This document shows, piece after piece, positions 18,111 through 27,707 of a DNA stretch of 64,000 nt. Numbering within the stretch: the stretch's first letter is position 1; the number at the start of each line of letters is the position of its first letter. The stretch lies in assembly GCA_035764505.1 (NCBI GenBank), contig DASTZC010000281.1, positions 326 through 64,325 of the forward strand, written 5' to 3'. Under the pieces are notes generated by a model, which made no database searches, had not been told where the DNA came from, and worked only from the letters and a program-made list of their open reading frames with translations. This DNA comes from Candidatus Polarisedimenticolia bacterium (lineage in GTDB: Bacteria > Acidobacteriota > Polarisedimenticolia > Gp22-AA2 > AA152). Both the position numbers and the translations under genes were made by a program.

Positions 18111-18611
18111 ATGTTCAGGCAGGCCATCGAGCGTCTGGAAAAAGAGCTCCGCGCCTTGGAAAGGGAATTCCGCCACGACCTCCCCCAGGAAATCAAGAAG
18201 GCCCTCGCCATGGGGGACCTGCGCGAGAACGCCGAATACCATGCGGCCCTCGAGCGCCAGAGCTACGTCAAGGCGAAGATGGGGCAGATCAAGAAGCGCC
18301 TCTCGGAGATCGCCATGATCAAGCTCGATTCGCTGCCCAAGGACCGCGTAGGGCTCGGTTCCAGCGTTGTGCTGTTCGATCTCAAGGAGGAGAAGGAGGT
18401 GCACTACGAGCTGGTTTTCGCGGAGGACGCGGACGTCCCTCGCGGGATGATCTCGATCACCTCGCCGATCGGCAAGGGGCTTTCGGGCAAGCGCGAAGGG
18501 GACGAGGTCTCGATCCAGGTCCCCAGCGGCGTGAAGCGCTTCGAGATCGTCTCCTTGAAGACGGTGCACCAGAAGCGGCCGGCGGCCGCCCGGCCCGACG
18601 AGGAGGAATAG
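18111..18611 (+). CDS. greA: Transcription elongation factor GreA
   Basis: The coiled-coil N-terminal domain carries the acidic DLRENAEY motif, followed by an FKBP-like C-terminal domain. Confidence 0.9.
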   Translation: MFRQAIERLEKELRALEREFRHDLPQEIKKALAMGDLRENAEYHAALERQSYVKAKMGQIKKRLSEIAMIKLDSLPKDRVGLGSSVVLFDLKEEKEVHYELVFAEDADVPRGMISITSPIGKGLSGKREGDEVSIQVPSGVKRFEIVSLKTVHQKRPAAARPDEEE

Positions 18612-18617
18612 CGGCCC

Positions 18618-19601
18618 ATGCCCGAGCGCACCGCTACAGGACTCCGGCGGGCGCGCGCGCGCCGCGCCGCTCTGTGCCTCTCGGCGCTGCTCATTGCCGG
18701 GCTTTCGGCCTGTGCCGCGGAGGTCGACGTCGAGAAGCTGTTCGTGCAGTCCAACTCCGACGACTACGAGGAGCGCGTCGAGGCGCGGCAGCGGCTGGCC
18801 GAGCTGATCGAGAGCGGCAGCGTCGAGCCCTTCGCGAAAGGGCTGCAGAGCCCCAACGTCGAGACCCGCGTACAGTCGATCCTCCACCTGCTGGCGATCC
18901 ACACCCCCGAGTCGAAGAAGCCGCTCGTCGGCGAGCTGGAGCTGTCGCGCCGGTTCAACACCTTCTACAACCCGATCCGCCTCGTTCCGGTGTCGACGCC
19001 CAGCGACAGCCGCATCATGGTGGCGCACATCCTGGAGTCGAAGGGAGGCGATCCCAAGGCGGTCGAGATCCTGGCGGACAGCTACGGCAAGGAGCCGGAC
19101 ACCGCCACCCGCGTCGCCACCGTCTACGCCCTGGGGGCCCTGCAGGACAAGGCGGCGGTCCCCGCGCTGCACAAGGCCCTGCGCGATCCCGAGATGGATG
19201 TCGTCCGCGCCGCCCTCGAAGGATTGACGCAGATCCGCACTCCGGGAATCGCGGGCATGCTGATCGAAGGGCTCGCCGACCAGAACGAGACCATCCGCGC
19301 CAACTCGGCCACGGCGCTCTCGTCCTTCGGGGAGCCGGACGCGGCGAAAGCGCTGCTCGACGCGCTGCACAAGGATCCTTCCCCCAAAGTCAGGCTCTCC
19401 GCCGTCGGCGCGCTGCCGAACGCCGCAGGCTACGCGGCATTCAATCCGATCCTCTCCCTCCTGAAAGATCCACACGCGCCCCCCGAGATGAAGGACCAGG
19501 CGGCGACCTCCCTGCAGAGCCTCACCGGACAGGATTTCGGTCAGGACGCCGCCCGGTGGGCGAAGTGGTGGGAGCAGAACAAGACCACCCTGGCCCGGTA
19601 G
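18618..19601 (+). CDS. HEAT/PBS-lyase repeat lipoprotein
   Basis: A signal peptide with lipobox LSAC is followed by repeated VR..A...L HEAT-like units. Confidence 0.65.
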   Translation: MPERTATGLRRARARRAALCLSALLIAGLSACAAEVDVEKLFVQSNSDDYEERVEARQRLAELIESGSVEPFAKGLQSPNVETRVQSILHLLAIHTPESKKPLVGELELSRRFNTFYNPIRLVPVSTPSDSRIMVAHILESKGGDPKAVEILADSYGKEPDTATRVATVYALGALQDKAAVPALHKALRDPEMDVVRAALEGLTQIRTPGIAGMLIEGLADQNETIRANSATALSSFGEPDAAKALLDALHKDPSPKVRLSAVGALPNAAGYAAFNPILSLLKDPHAPPEMKDQAATSLQSLTGQDFGQDAARWAKWWEQNKTTLAR

Positions 19602-19605
19602 CGTC

Positions 19606-20457
19606 ATGTCCCTGCGCTTTCATGCATCGGTGGTCGACGCGCTGCGCCGCGGCCGGCGACTGGTGATCGCCACGGTCATCGAATCGGTCGGCTCGGCCCC
19701 GCGCAAGCCAGGCGCCTGCATGGCAGTCTTCGACGACGGAACGATAGTCGACTCCGTGGGAGGAGGGGCTTTGGAAGCCCTGGTCGTTCAGGACGCGCGT
19801 GCCCTTCTCGCATCGGGTGGTTCCCTGGTGAGGGAATACTCTCTGAAGGAGAGCTCGGAGCCGGAGAGCACCGGGATGATCTGCGGAGGGGCCGTGCGCG
19901 TGCACCTGCAATCCGAGTTTCCGCCCGAGCGCCTGGTGATCTTCGGAGCCGGACATGTCGGAGCCGCGCTCGCGGCGCTGGCGCCCGGCCTGGGCTTCGA
20001 TGCCACCGTGCTCGACGATCGGGAGGAATTCTTGGAGGCTTCCCGCTTTCCCGCCGAGGTGGCCCGCTTCCTGGCCGGGCGTGATTTCGCCGGAAGCCTG
20101 CCGCGGCTGGACGAGGAGACCTTCGTGGCCGTGGTGACGCGTTGCCACCGCAGCGACCTGGCGGCGCTGCGTCGGATCCTTCCGACCCCGGTGCGCTACG
20201 TCGGACTGATCGGCAGCCGCCGCAAGATCCGACTTCTGTCGGTGCGGCTGCGCGAAGAGGGGATACCGCCCGAGCGTCTGGAGGCGCTGCACGCCCCCAT
20301 CGGATTGTCGATCGGCGCCTGCACGCCCGCCGAAATCGCCGTCAGCATCGCGGCCGAGCTGATCCAGGTACGTCGCGGCTCGGCGGCAGAGGAGCGGAGT
20401 CCGGGCCGCCTGAGTGCAAAACGGTTCGCGGCGCGCCCCCTGGGCAGCGAGCTCTGA
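19606..20457 (+). CDS. XdhC/CoxI family protein (molybdenum cofactor insertion chaperone-like)
   Basis: It has the N-terminal XdhC_CoxI domain and a Rossmann-like C-terminal domain (VIFGAGHVGAALA). Confidence 0.75.
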   Translation: MSLRFHASVVDALRRGRRLVIATVIESVGSAPRKPGACMAVFDDGTIVDSVGGGALEALVVQDARALLASGGSLVREYSLKESSEPESTGMICGGAVRVHLQSEFPPERLVIFGAGHVGAALAALAPGLGFDATVLDDREEFLEASRFPAEVARFLAGRDFAGSLPRLDEETFVAVVTRCHRSDLAALRRILPTPVRYVGLIGSRRKIRLLSVRLREEGIPPERLEALHAPIGLSIGACTPAEIAVSIAAELIQVRRGSAAEERSPGRLSAKRFAARPLGSEL

Positions 20458-20465
20458 ACAGAGCC

Positions 20466-21200
20466 TCAGCGCCGGGCGGGAAGCGATTCCCGGCGGAGTG
20501 ACGCGGCCAGCCTGAGCCGCACTAGCGTGCGCAGGATGGCAATCCCCGCCCTCAATGTCCCCTGCACCGTTCCCGTGATCTTGGAGCGGCCGATGCGCCG
20601 CCGGTAGCTGACCGGCACCTCCATGGTCTTCCAGCCGGCCAGCGCGGCGCGCGCCTGCATCTCTACGGTCCACCCATAGGCACGATCCTCCATTCCAAGC
20701 TCCAGCAGCCGGCCGAAGCGCACCGCCCGGAAGGGACCGAGATCGGTGTAGCGCGCGCCGTAGAGCACCCGCAGGAGGAATACGGCGAGGAGATTCCCGG
20801 CGCGCGCCTGCGGCAGCAGGGCGCCCGGCTCGGCGCTTCCCAACACCCGCGATCCGATCACCAGATCGCAGCCCGCTTCGCGGATCGGGGCCAGCAGCGA
20901 CTTGATCTCCTCCGGATGATCACTGAAATCTCCATCGAGGAAGACGACGATATCGGGGGGATGCTCCCGAAGCCTATCCAGCCCGGCGAGGCAGGCGGAG
21001 CCGTAGCCGCGCCGCGCTTCGCGAACGACCGTTGCGCCGTTCGCCGCGGCTGCCTCGGCCGTCTTATCGGTCGAGCCATTGTCGACGACCAGGATCTGCT
21101 CGACGAGCCCGTCGGGGATCGCCTGCAGCACCCGGGGCAGGGAGGCTTCCTCGTTGAGAGCGGGGATGATTACGGCGACGCGGGACAGGGGAAAGGACAT
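20466..21200 (-). CDS. GT2 glycosyltransferase, polyprenyl-phosphate sugar synthase-like (DPM1/Ppm1-like soluble catalytic domain)
   Basis: VAVIIPALNEE...VVDNGSTD...DGD motifs are present. It lies divergent to a UbiA-family prenyl phosphoribosyltransferase. Confidence 0.75.
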   Translation of the reverse strand: MSFPLSRVAVIIPALNEEASLPRVLQAIPDGLVEQILVVDNGSTDKTAEAAAANGATVVREARRGYGSACLAGLDRLREHPPDIVVFLDGDFSDHPEEIKSLLAPIREAGCDLVIGSRVLGSAEPGALLPQARAGNLLAVFLLRVLYGARYTDLGPFRAVRFGRLLELGMEDRAYGWTVEMQARAALAGWKTMEVPVSYRRRIGRSKITGTVQGTLRAGIAILRTLVRLRLAASLRRESLPARR

Positions 21201-21297
21201 CGCTCCTCGAGCGGCGAAGAGGACAGGCCTTTGCAGGAAAGCGCAGCGGTGCTAACATCCGCGCCGCCTCGCGTCGCATGACGCCCAGCGGAGCACG

Positions 21298-22209
21298 ATG
21301 CCGGAGCCCCGGACGCCCAGCGGCTTCAAGCGTACCTTTCTCGACCTCCTGGAATCCACCCGCCCCCAGCAGTGGATCAAGAACCTTCTTCTCTTCGCAC
21401 CGCTCCTGTTCGCCAAGAAGCTGTCCGACAGGCACCGCATCGTCGAGGCGCTCGCCGCGTTCGCCGTCTTCTGCGCCCTGTCGGCGGGGGTCTACCTGCT
21501 CAACGATCTGCTCGACCGCAATAGGGATCTGAGCCATCCGGTCAAGTCGCGCCGGCCGATCGCCTCGGGCCGCCTGCGCCCGGGCACGGTGATCGCCGCG
21601 CTCCTGATCCTCTTCGCCGGAGGTCTCCTATCTGCCTGGCGGCTCTCCCCGGCCTTCGCGGCGACCGCCCTGTCCTACGTCCTGCTGAATCTCGCCTATT
21701 CCTTCTATCTCAAGGAAAAGGTCATCCTGGACGTCATGGCGATCGCCTTCGGGTTCGTGCTGAGGGCCCTGGCGGGAGCGGTCGCCATCGACGTGGAAAT
21801 CTCCCCCTGGCTCATCCTGTGCACCATTCTGTTGTCGCTATTCCTGGCCTTCTGCAAGCGGCGCTGTGAGCTGGAATCGCTGGAGCAGGATTCGGCGAAC
21901 CATCGGATCACGCTGGGGGAGTATTCTCTGGTCTTTCTGGACCAGATGATCTCGATCACCACGGCTTCGACCGTGGTCTGCTACTCCTTCTACACCATCT
22001 CCCCCGAGGTGGAGGAGAAGCTCGGCACGCAGCATCTGTTCATCACCATCCCTTTCGTCCTGTATGGGATCTTCCGCTACCTCTACCTGGTCCATCGCAA
22101 GGGGCAGGGCGGAAACCCCGCCTCGTCCCTTCTCGCCGATCGACCGCTGCTGGTGTGCGTCGGATTGTGGGCGGCCGTGGTGGCCGCCATCCTCTATCAC
22201 TACCACTGA
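21298..22209 (+). CDS. UbiA-family decaprenyl-phosphate phosphoribosyltransferase-like (DPPR synthase-like)
   Basis: YLLNDLLDRNRDLSHPVKSRRPIASG matches the NDxxDxxxD...HPxK..RPIA(A)G signature of DPPR synthases. The protein has 8-9 TM segments. Confidence 0.7.
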   Translation: MPEPRTPSGFKRTFLDLLESTRPQQWIKNLLLFAPLLFAKKLSDRHRIVEALAAFAVFCALSAGVYLLNDLLDRNRDLSHPVKSRRPIASGRLRPGTVIAALLILFAGGLLSAWRLSPAFAATALSYVLLNLAYSFYLKEKVILDVMAIAFGFVLRALAGAVAIDVEISPWLILCTILLSLFLAFCKRRCELESLEQDSANHRITLGEYSLVFLDQMISITTASTVVCYSFYTISPEVEEKLGTQHLFITIPFVLYGIFRYLYLVHRKGQGGNPASSLLADRPLLVCVGLWAAVVAAILYHYH

Positions 22210-22309
22210 GACATCCCCCTCCGCCGTTCTCCACGGTTGCCCCGTGGCGCTCCGGACACTAGAATGTTCATTCAAAGGCCCGCCAAGAGGCCCTTTCCCG
22301 GAGCGCTCG

Positions 22310-23458
22310 TTGCCTAAATCGAAAGTCGCCGTCCTCCGCACAGAGCCCGAGACGATCTTCCAGGACTATTCTCGCCTGATGCGCCTGGCGGGTTACCGGG
22401 ACATCCTCGACCCGGCGTCGCCGCTGCTGATCAAGCTCAACCTCTCCTGGACGAAATACTTCCCTGCCTGCTCGAGCCAGCCCTGGCAGCTGGAAGGGGT
22501 CCTGCAGACGCTGCGCGAGGACGGCTATCCGGGATCCCTCTTGACGCCGGTCGAGAACAAGACGGTGGTGACCGAGCCCTGGGCTGGAGCGCGCAACAAC
22601 CGCTGGCTCCCGGTGCTCGATCGCTTCGGGCTGAAGTTCCAGCCCCTCACCGAGGTGGAATGGATCGTCTATCGCTTCAAGTCCCCCCTGCTGATGCTCA
22701 ATCGGATTTTCCCGGAGGGGATCGAGATTCCTTCCATCTATCCGGGCCGCAACGTGCTGCACCTGCCGACCGTCAAGACCCACGGTCATTCCACCACGAC
22801 GGGATCGATCAAGAACGCTTTCGGCGGGCTCCTCAAGGAGGTGCGGCACTACGCCCACAAGCACATTCACGAGGTGCTCGTGGACCTGGTGATGATGCAG
22901 AAGGAGCTTCATCCGGCCGTTTTCACGGTGATGGACGGCACGGTGGCCGGAAATGGCGCCGGGCCCCGCACCATGGAGCCGATCGTCAAGGATACGCTGC
23001 TGGCGGCGGCCGACTCGGTCGCGATCGACGCAGTCGCCGCCAAGCTGATGGGGTTCGATCCGATGTCGATTCCTTACCTGAGGATGGCCCACGACCGGGG
23101 GCTCGGCACGGCCGACCCGCGCGACATCGAGATCGTCGGCACCTCGGTCCAAGGGCCGGGATGGGGATTCCACGCCAAGCGCAGCTTCGTGATCTGGGGG
23201 GACCAGATGCTGCGTCTCGGGCCGCTGCGCTTCCTGGAGAAGATCGCCCTGCACTCTCCGCTGGTGGTCTGGGCGCCCTTCGCCTCGAACGTCTACCACG
23301 ACTGGCTCTGGTACCCGACGGTCGGAAAAATGAAGATCGCCCGGTTCCGTGGCAGCAAGTGGGGGCAACTGTTCGATGGCAGGTACGGGGGCGGGTCGCG
23401 CGCGGGCGCCGGCCAGGCCGCGCCGATGCCAGCCTCCTCGCCCGGCGCTTCCCGCTGA
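22310..23458 (+). CDS. DUF362 domain protein
   Basis: KVAVLRTEPETIFQDY... resembles the DUF362 family. A TTG start with GGAG 7 nt upstream is used; the longer ORF from 22064 overlaps the UbiA gene. Confidence 0.5.
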   Translation: MPKSKVAVLRTEPETIFQDYSRLMRLAGYRDILDPASPLLIKLNLSWTKYFPACSSQPWQLEGVLQTLREDGYPGSLLTPVENKTVVTEPWAGARNNRWLPVLDRFGLKFQPLTEVEWIVYRFKSPLLMLNRIFPEGIEIPSIYPGRNVLHLPTVKTHGHSTTTGSIKNAFGGLLKEVRHYAHKHIHEVLVDLVMMQKELHPAVFTVMDGTVAGNGAGPRTMEPIVKDTLLAAADSVAIDAVAAKLMGFDPMSIPYLRMAHDRGLGTADPRDIEIVGTSVQGPGWGFHAKRSFVIWGDQMLRLGPLRFLEKIALHSPLVVWAPFASNVYHDWLWYPTVGKMKIARFRGSKWGQLFDGRYGGGSRAGAGQAAPMPASSPGASR

Positions 23459-23492
23459 AAACCGCCGAACCCTGAAAGAGACGAGGAGCGGA

Positions 23493-24383
23493 GTGCATTC
23501 CGCCGAGATCCGCCGCCCGTTTCCTCCCGCCGCCGTGCTGGTCGTCGCCGTCCTGGCGATCTCCTGGGGCTCGATCCTGGTCCGATACTGCACCGCCGGT
23601 CCGCTGGCGATTGCCTGCCTGCGGCTCACCTTCGCCACCCTGTTCCTGGCTCCGTTCGTCCTGCCGGGTCTCGGCCGCGCTGCGCCGCGCCCACGCGCCG
23701 CTTGGCGCACCTTGCTGGCTGCGGGCTTCCTGGCGCTGCACTTCGGGGCCTGGATCGCCTCCTTGCGCCTGACCAGCATCGGCAGCTCGGTTCTCCTGGT
23801 TTCCACTCAGCCGCTGTTCTCGGCGCAGTTGTCGGGCGCCTGGCTCGGCGAGCGGCCCGGCAAGCGCTTCTACGCGGGGATCGCCATCTGCCTGGCCGGA
23901 ATGCTCCTGCTCACGGGGGCCGATTTCGGCTCGTCGCGCGCGCGCCTGCTCGGGGATGCCCTGGCGCTGCTTGCGGCCGCTGCCGGCGCCGCCTATTTCG
24001 TTCTCGGCCGATCGGTACGCTCCGATGTCCCTTTCGGCGCCTATCTCTTCCTGGTCTACGGCGCCGCCGGGGCTTTTCTGGCGGTGGCGGCTTTTCTTGC
24101 CCATCAGCCGCTGATCGGATTCCCATCGCGCGAGTTTCTGCCGCTGGCGGCCATGGCCTTGTTTCCGAGCGTCCTCGGCCACGGCGGATTGAACTATGCC
24201 GTACGTCATCTGCCGGCCTTCACGGTCAGCCTGGCGGCATTGGGCGAGCCGGTGCTCGCCACGCTCCTCGCCCGATGGCTCTTCGACGAGCCGCTTTCCG
24301 CCGGGCTTCTCGCCGGCGGCTCGCTGATCCTCGCCGGGATGCTGCTGGCGGCGGCCCCGGCCGCCAAGGTGCAGCCGGCGTGA
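23493..24383 (+). CDS. EamA/DMT family transporter
   Basis: Ten predicted TM helices and two EamA repeats are present. The GTG start is preceded by AGGAG. The longer ORF from 23349 is rejected. Confidence 0.7.
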   Translation: MHSAEIRRPFPPAAVLVVAVLAISWGSILVRYCTAGPLAIACLRLTFATLFLAPFVLPGLGRAAPRPRAAWRTLLAAGFLALHFGAWIASLRLTSIGSSVLLVSTQPLFSAQLSGAWLGERPGKRFYAGIAICLAGMLLLTGADFGSSRARLLGDALALLAAAAGAAYFVLGRSVRSDVPFGAYLFLVYGAAGAFLAVAAFLAHQPLIGFPSREFLPLAAMALFPSVLGHGGLNYAVRHLPAFTVSLAALGEPVLATLLARWLFDEPLSAGLLAGGSLILAGMLLAAAPAAKVQPA

Positions 24384-26413
24384 GATTGAAGCGCGTGAAG
24401 GAAGATCGGCTGCGGCTTTCCACGCCGCTGTCCGGCGTACGCGGCATCGGCGAGACGCGCGCCGCGGCTCTGGCGGAGGCGGGATTGCGCCGCGTCGAGG
24501 ACCTGCTCTTGACGCTGCCGATGCGCTACGAGGATCGCGGGCGCTGCGCTTCCATCGCGTCGCTTTCCTGCGGGGATCGGGCCACCCTCCGGGCGCAGGT
24601 CGAGTGGCTGCGCATCATGGGATCGAGGAAAAGGGGCTTTGCCGTCCTGGAAGCGGAGCTGCGCGATGACACCGGCAGCCTGCTCGCCGCCTGGTACAAC
24701 CAGGTCTACCTGCGCAACCTGCTCAAGCCCGGGACCGAAATCGTCCTCTACGGTGAGGTGGGAAGCTCAGCCTCCCGCCCGGGAAGGCTCCTGCTCAAGA
24801 ACCCGCAATTCGAAGTCCTCGGTGAGGATCCGACCGGCATTCATACCGGGCGAATCGTGCCCATCTACCGCAAGACCGCCGGGCTCTCGACGCGCTCGCT
24901 GCGCTCCCTGATCCATCGCATTCTCGCCGCCCTTCCGCTCCAGCTGCCCGAGACGCTGCCGCCGTTTCTCTCCGCTCGCCCCGACCTGTGCCCGCGCGGG
25001 ACCGCTTTCCGCGAAGCGCATTTCCCCGCGCCCGGGACTTCCCAGGATCAGCTCGAGGAGAAGAAAACAGCGGCCCAGCGCCGCCTCGCCATGGAGGAGC
25101 TCTATCGCCTGCAGCGGAGCTTCGCGCGGGCGCGCCGGCTGCGATCCCGCCGTCGCGCTGTTGCGTGCCCGGCCCCGGCCGATTTGCGGGACCGCCTGCG
25201 GAGAATGTGCGCGTTCCATCTAACGGTGGCCCAGGAGCGCGCCCTGGGAGAAATCCTCGCCGACCTGGAGCGCCCCTTTCCGATGCAGCGGCTTCTCCAG
25301 GGAGACGTCGGATCCGGCAAGACGATCGTGGCGTTGCTCGCCGCCGTCTCCGCCATGGAGGCGGGGCTGCAGGTCGCCTGGATGGTTCCCACCGAGGTCC
25401 TGGCGCAGCAGCAGATGCGCTGCACGCTGGAGCTCCTGCGGGGCACCCGGTTTCGGGCCGCCCTTCTCACGTCGCGCACGCGCGAGTCATGGGAAGCGGG
25501 CTCCGGCCCGGACGCGGATCTGGTCGTGGGGACGCACTCCTTGATCCAGGAAAGCGTCCAGCTCGTTCGACTGGGACTCGTAGTCATCGACGAGCAGCAT
25601 CGCTTCGGCGTCCGACAGCGCGACCGGCTGGAGCGGAAAGGCCGCGATCTGCATCGTCTCCTGATGACCGCGACCCCCATCCCGCGATCTCTGGCGCATG
25701 CCTGCTACGGTGACCTGGACGTCTCGGTGATCGACGAGCTGCCCCCGGGAAGGGTGCCGATACGCACCGTGGTGCGGCGCGACGCCGATCGGGAGCGCAT
25801 CTACCGCTTCATCCGGGAAGAAGTGGCGCGAGGAGGACGCGCTGCATTCGTGCTTCCGGCCGTGCAGGCAGGCAAGGCCCCGGAGAGATCGGCGGTGGCC
25901 GCCCGTGAGAAGCTCGCGGCTTCCATCTTCCCGGATTTCAAGGTGGGTCTGCTGCACGGCGGCCTCGATCCGGCGGCGCGCGAGCAGGCGCTGCGCGAGT
26001 TCGCGGAAGGGGCGGCGCCCGTACTCGTCTCCACCACCGTCGTGGAGGTAGGCGTCGACGTCCCGGAAGCGTCGGTGATCGTCGTGGAGCAGGCGGATCG
26101 CTTCGGCCTGTCGCAGCTGCACCAGATGCGCGGCCGCGTCGGACGGGGCTCTCGTCCGTCGTGGTGCATCCTGATCCCGACCGAGGGAGCATCGCCGGAA
26201 GCTCTGGAGAGGATTCGTATATTACGGGAGGTGAGCGATGGCTTCGAGATCGCAAGAAGAGATCTCGAGATGCGAGGACCCGGCGAGCTGCGCGGATTGC
26301 GACAGTCCGGAGTTCCGGATCTTCGCGTGGCCGATCTCTCCAGAGATTTGGATCTGCTGGAAGCGGCGCGTCTCGCCGTATCGCGCGTTGCAATGACCGA
26401 TAAGGACTCCTGA
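24380..26413 (+). CDS. recG: ATP-dependent DNA helicase RecG
   Basis: It has a wedge domain and DEAD/DEAH helicase motifs: GDVGSGKT, DEQHRFG and a helicase C region with QLHQMRGRVGRG. The GTG start overlaps the upstream stop (GTGA). Confidence 0.9.
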   Translation: MRLKRVKEDRLRLSTPLSGVRGIGETRAAALAEAGLRRVEDLLLTLPMRYEDRGRCASIASLSCGDRATLRAQVEWLRIMGSRKRGFAVLEAELRDDTGSLLAAWYNQVYLRNLLKPGTEIVLYGEVGSSASRPGRLLLKNPQFEVLGEDPTGIHTGRIVPIYRKTAGLSTRSLRSLIHRILAALPLQLPETLPPFLSARPDLCPRGTAFREAHFPAPGTSQDQLEEKKTAAQRRLAMEELYRLQRSFARARRLRSRRRAVACPAPADLRDRLRRMCAFHLTVAQERALGEILADLERPFPMQRLLQGDVGSGKTIVALLAAVSAMEAGLQVAWMVPTEVLAQQQMRCTLELLRGTRFRAALLTSRTRESWEAGSGPDADLVVGTHSLIQESVQLVRLGLVVIDEQHRFGVRQRDRLERKGRDLHRLLMTATPIPRSLAHACYGDLDVSVIDELPPGRVPIRTVVRRDADRERIYRFIREEVARGGRAAFVLPAVQAGKAPERSAVAAREKLAASIFPDFKVGLLHGGLDPAAREQALREFAEGAAPVLVSTTVVEVGVDVPEASVIVVEQADRFGLSQLHQMRGRVGRGSRPSWCILIPTEGASPEALERIRILREVSDGFEIARRDLEMRGPGELRGLRQSGVPDLRVADLSRDLDLLEAARLAVSRVAMTDKDS

Positions 26414-27104
26414 AATCATTTCGTTTACTGCCGGCCGAAAAACTTCGCACTCTGAATTCGTGTTCTTACTCCCTCCGAGTTGTTTCATCTGGTTCATGCT
26501 GGGTCATCGGGCGCAGCGCGCCGAGAATCGCGTAATCCACACGTCGCGCTATGCTTAAGAGCAAGAATGTCCTCTGCTCCGGAATGACCGCTGACGAAAG
26601 TGAAAGCGGTTTTTTCCTTGACAAGAAAGCAGTTACGTCGTACCGTACCTGCCACACGGACGAGCATAAATAAAGCTGGTTCCATAAAATTCCGGTTTCG
26701 GTTTGCCGGAGCAACATAAAGCTAGACGAGGCTAGTGAGCGGGCGGACGAGGCCCGCGTCAGGGGTCCGAGTCGACGCTGCGGCTCGGGTCCGAGGACGG
26801 ACGCGTCGCCCTGGGTGTGCTGTCTGATGAGGTGGAGTCTTGCTGGAGTGAAGAGTGAGCAGACGGGTCCTTTTCCCCGACCCGGCTGTCAACTGTAGGT
26901 CGCTCCACCGGCGTTGTCAATCCTGAAATTGTAATCAAGCTTCTCCCATGCGCCCGGGGGATGAGTGTAGGGTCTTCCATTTCAAAAAGAGAATGGATTC
27001 CCTGATGTCCCACCCCCGTTAGTTTCGGCAGCATGAGGGGTCTTTTCCTACAGGGTTCGATCCGGCGCCGGCTGTAAGCTGAGCGTCGTGCGGGAGGTTC
27101 GACC
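26414..27104 (+). promoter_or_regulatory. Long (~690 nt) low-GC untranslated region preceding the glycan locus. It is a candidate promoter/leader and antitermination region.
   Basis: GC drops to about 50%. Only short, non-conserved ORFs are present. A TTGACA sits at 26618, GGGTCCGAG is directly repeated, and there are TGTCAA repeats. Confidence 0.3.
26587..26615 (+). terminator. Candidate intrinsic terminator (ACCGCT/AGCGGT stem, 12-nt loop, TTTTTT)
   Basis: A 6-bp stem plus T6 lies 175 nt downstream of the recG stop. TTGACA follows immediately afterwards. Confidence 0.3.
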
Positions 27105-27707
27105 ATGGTAAGGCGTCACCGGGCTTTTCTTTCGGCCGCTGCTCTGACTCTTCTACTGGCCCCGATTCTGGTGTTCGCCGACCCACCGCGAACCAAAGTG
27201 AAAGAGTCGGCGCCGCAGCCCCCCGGCGACTATCGCATCGGCGTGGGCGACATCCTCAACATCCAGGTATGGAAGGAGCCCGATCTGACCCGCTCCGTGC
27301 CGGTCAGACCCGACGGCAAGATCTCCTTCCCGCTTCTGGACGACATCCAGGCCGCGGGCCTTTCCCCGATCGAGCTCAAGGCGATTCTGGTGGAGAAGCT
27401 GCGGCAGTTCCTCAGCGAGCCGCGCGTCACGGTCCTCGTCGACGAAGTCAACAGCTACAAGGTCTACGTCATGGGCGAAGTCGTGACCCCGGGCGTCCTC
27501 ACGCTCAAATCCAAGACCAACCTGCTCCAGGTCATATCGCTCTCGGGCGGCTTCACGCCTTATGCCAAGCGCAACGACATCGTGATCCTGCGGAACAACG
27601 GCAAGCGGGACGAGAGGATCTCGGTGAGCTACGACAAGATTCTGGCCGGCAAGAGTCCCGAGCAGAATCTCTTGCTCGAGCCCGGGGATACGGTGGTCGT
27701 GCCATGA
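27105..27707 (+). CDS. Polysaccharide export protein (Wza/EpsA-like; Poly_export + SLBB)
   Basis: It has a signal peptide, and GDYRIGVGDILNIQVW...PVRPDGKISFPLL is typical of the Poly_export domain. Confidence 0.8.
   Translation: MVRRHRAFLSAAALTLLLAPILVFADPPRTKVKESAPQPPGDYRIGVGDILNIQVWKEPDLTRSVPVRPDGKISFPLLDDIQAAGLSPIELKAILVEKLRQFLSEPRVTVLVDEVNSYKVYVMGEVVTPGVLTLKSKTNLLQVISLSGGFTPYAKRNDIVILRNNGKRDERISVSYDKILAGKSPEQNLLLEPGDTVVVP

Noticed and set aside
18078-19607. 509-aa ORF 18078..19607 (-) and 535-aa ORF 18059..19666 (+, alternative frame).
   Set aside because: They overlap greA and the HEAT lipoprotein gene. No motifs are present and the composition is low-complexity.
22210-22309. Imperfect AAAGGCCC...GGCCCTTT hairpin after the UbiA gene, considered as a terminator.
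   Set aside because: The stem needs a bulge and is not followed by a T-run, so it is not convincing as an intrinsic terminator.
22268-24209. ORFs 22268..23806 (-, 512 aa), 22660..23475 (+) and 22986..24209 (-) across the DUF362 and EamA genes.
   Set aside because: They are antisense or alternative-frame artefacts with Arg-rich, non-globular sequence.
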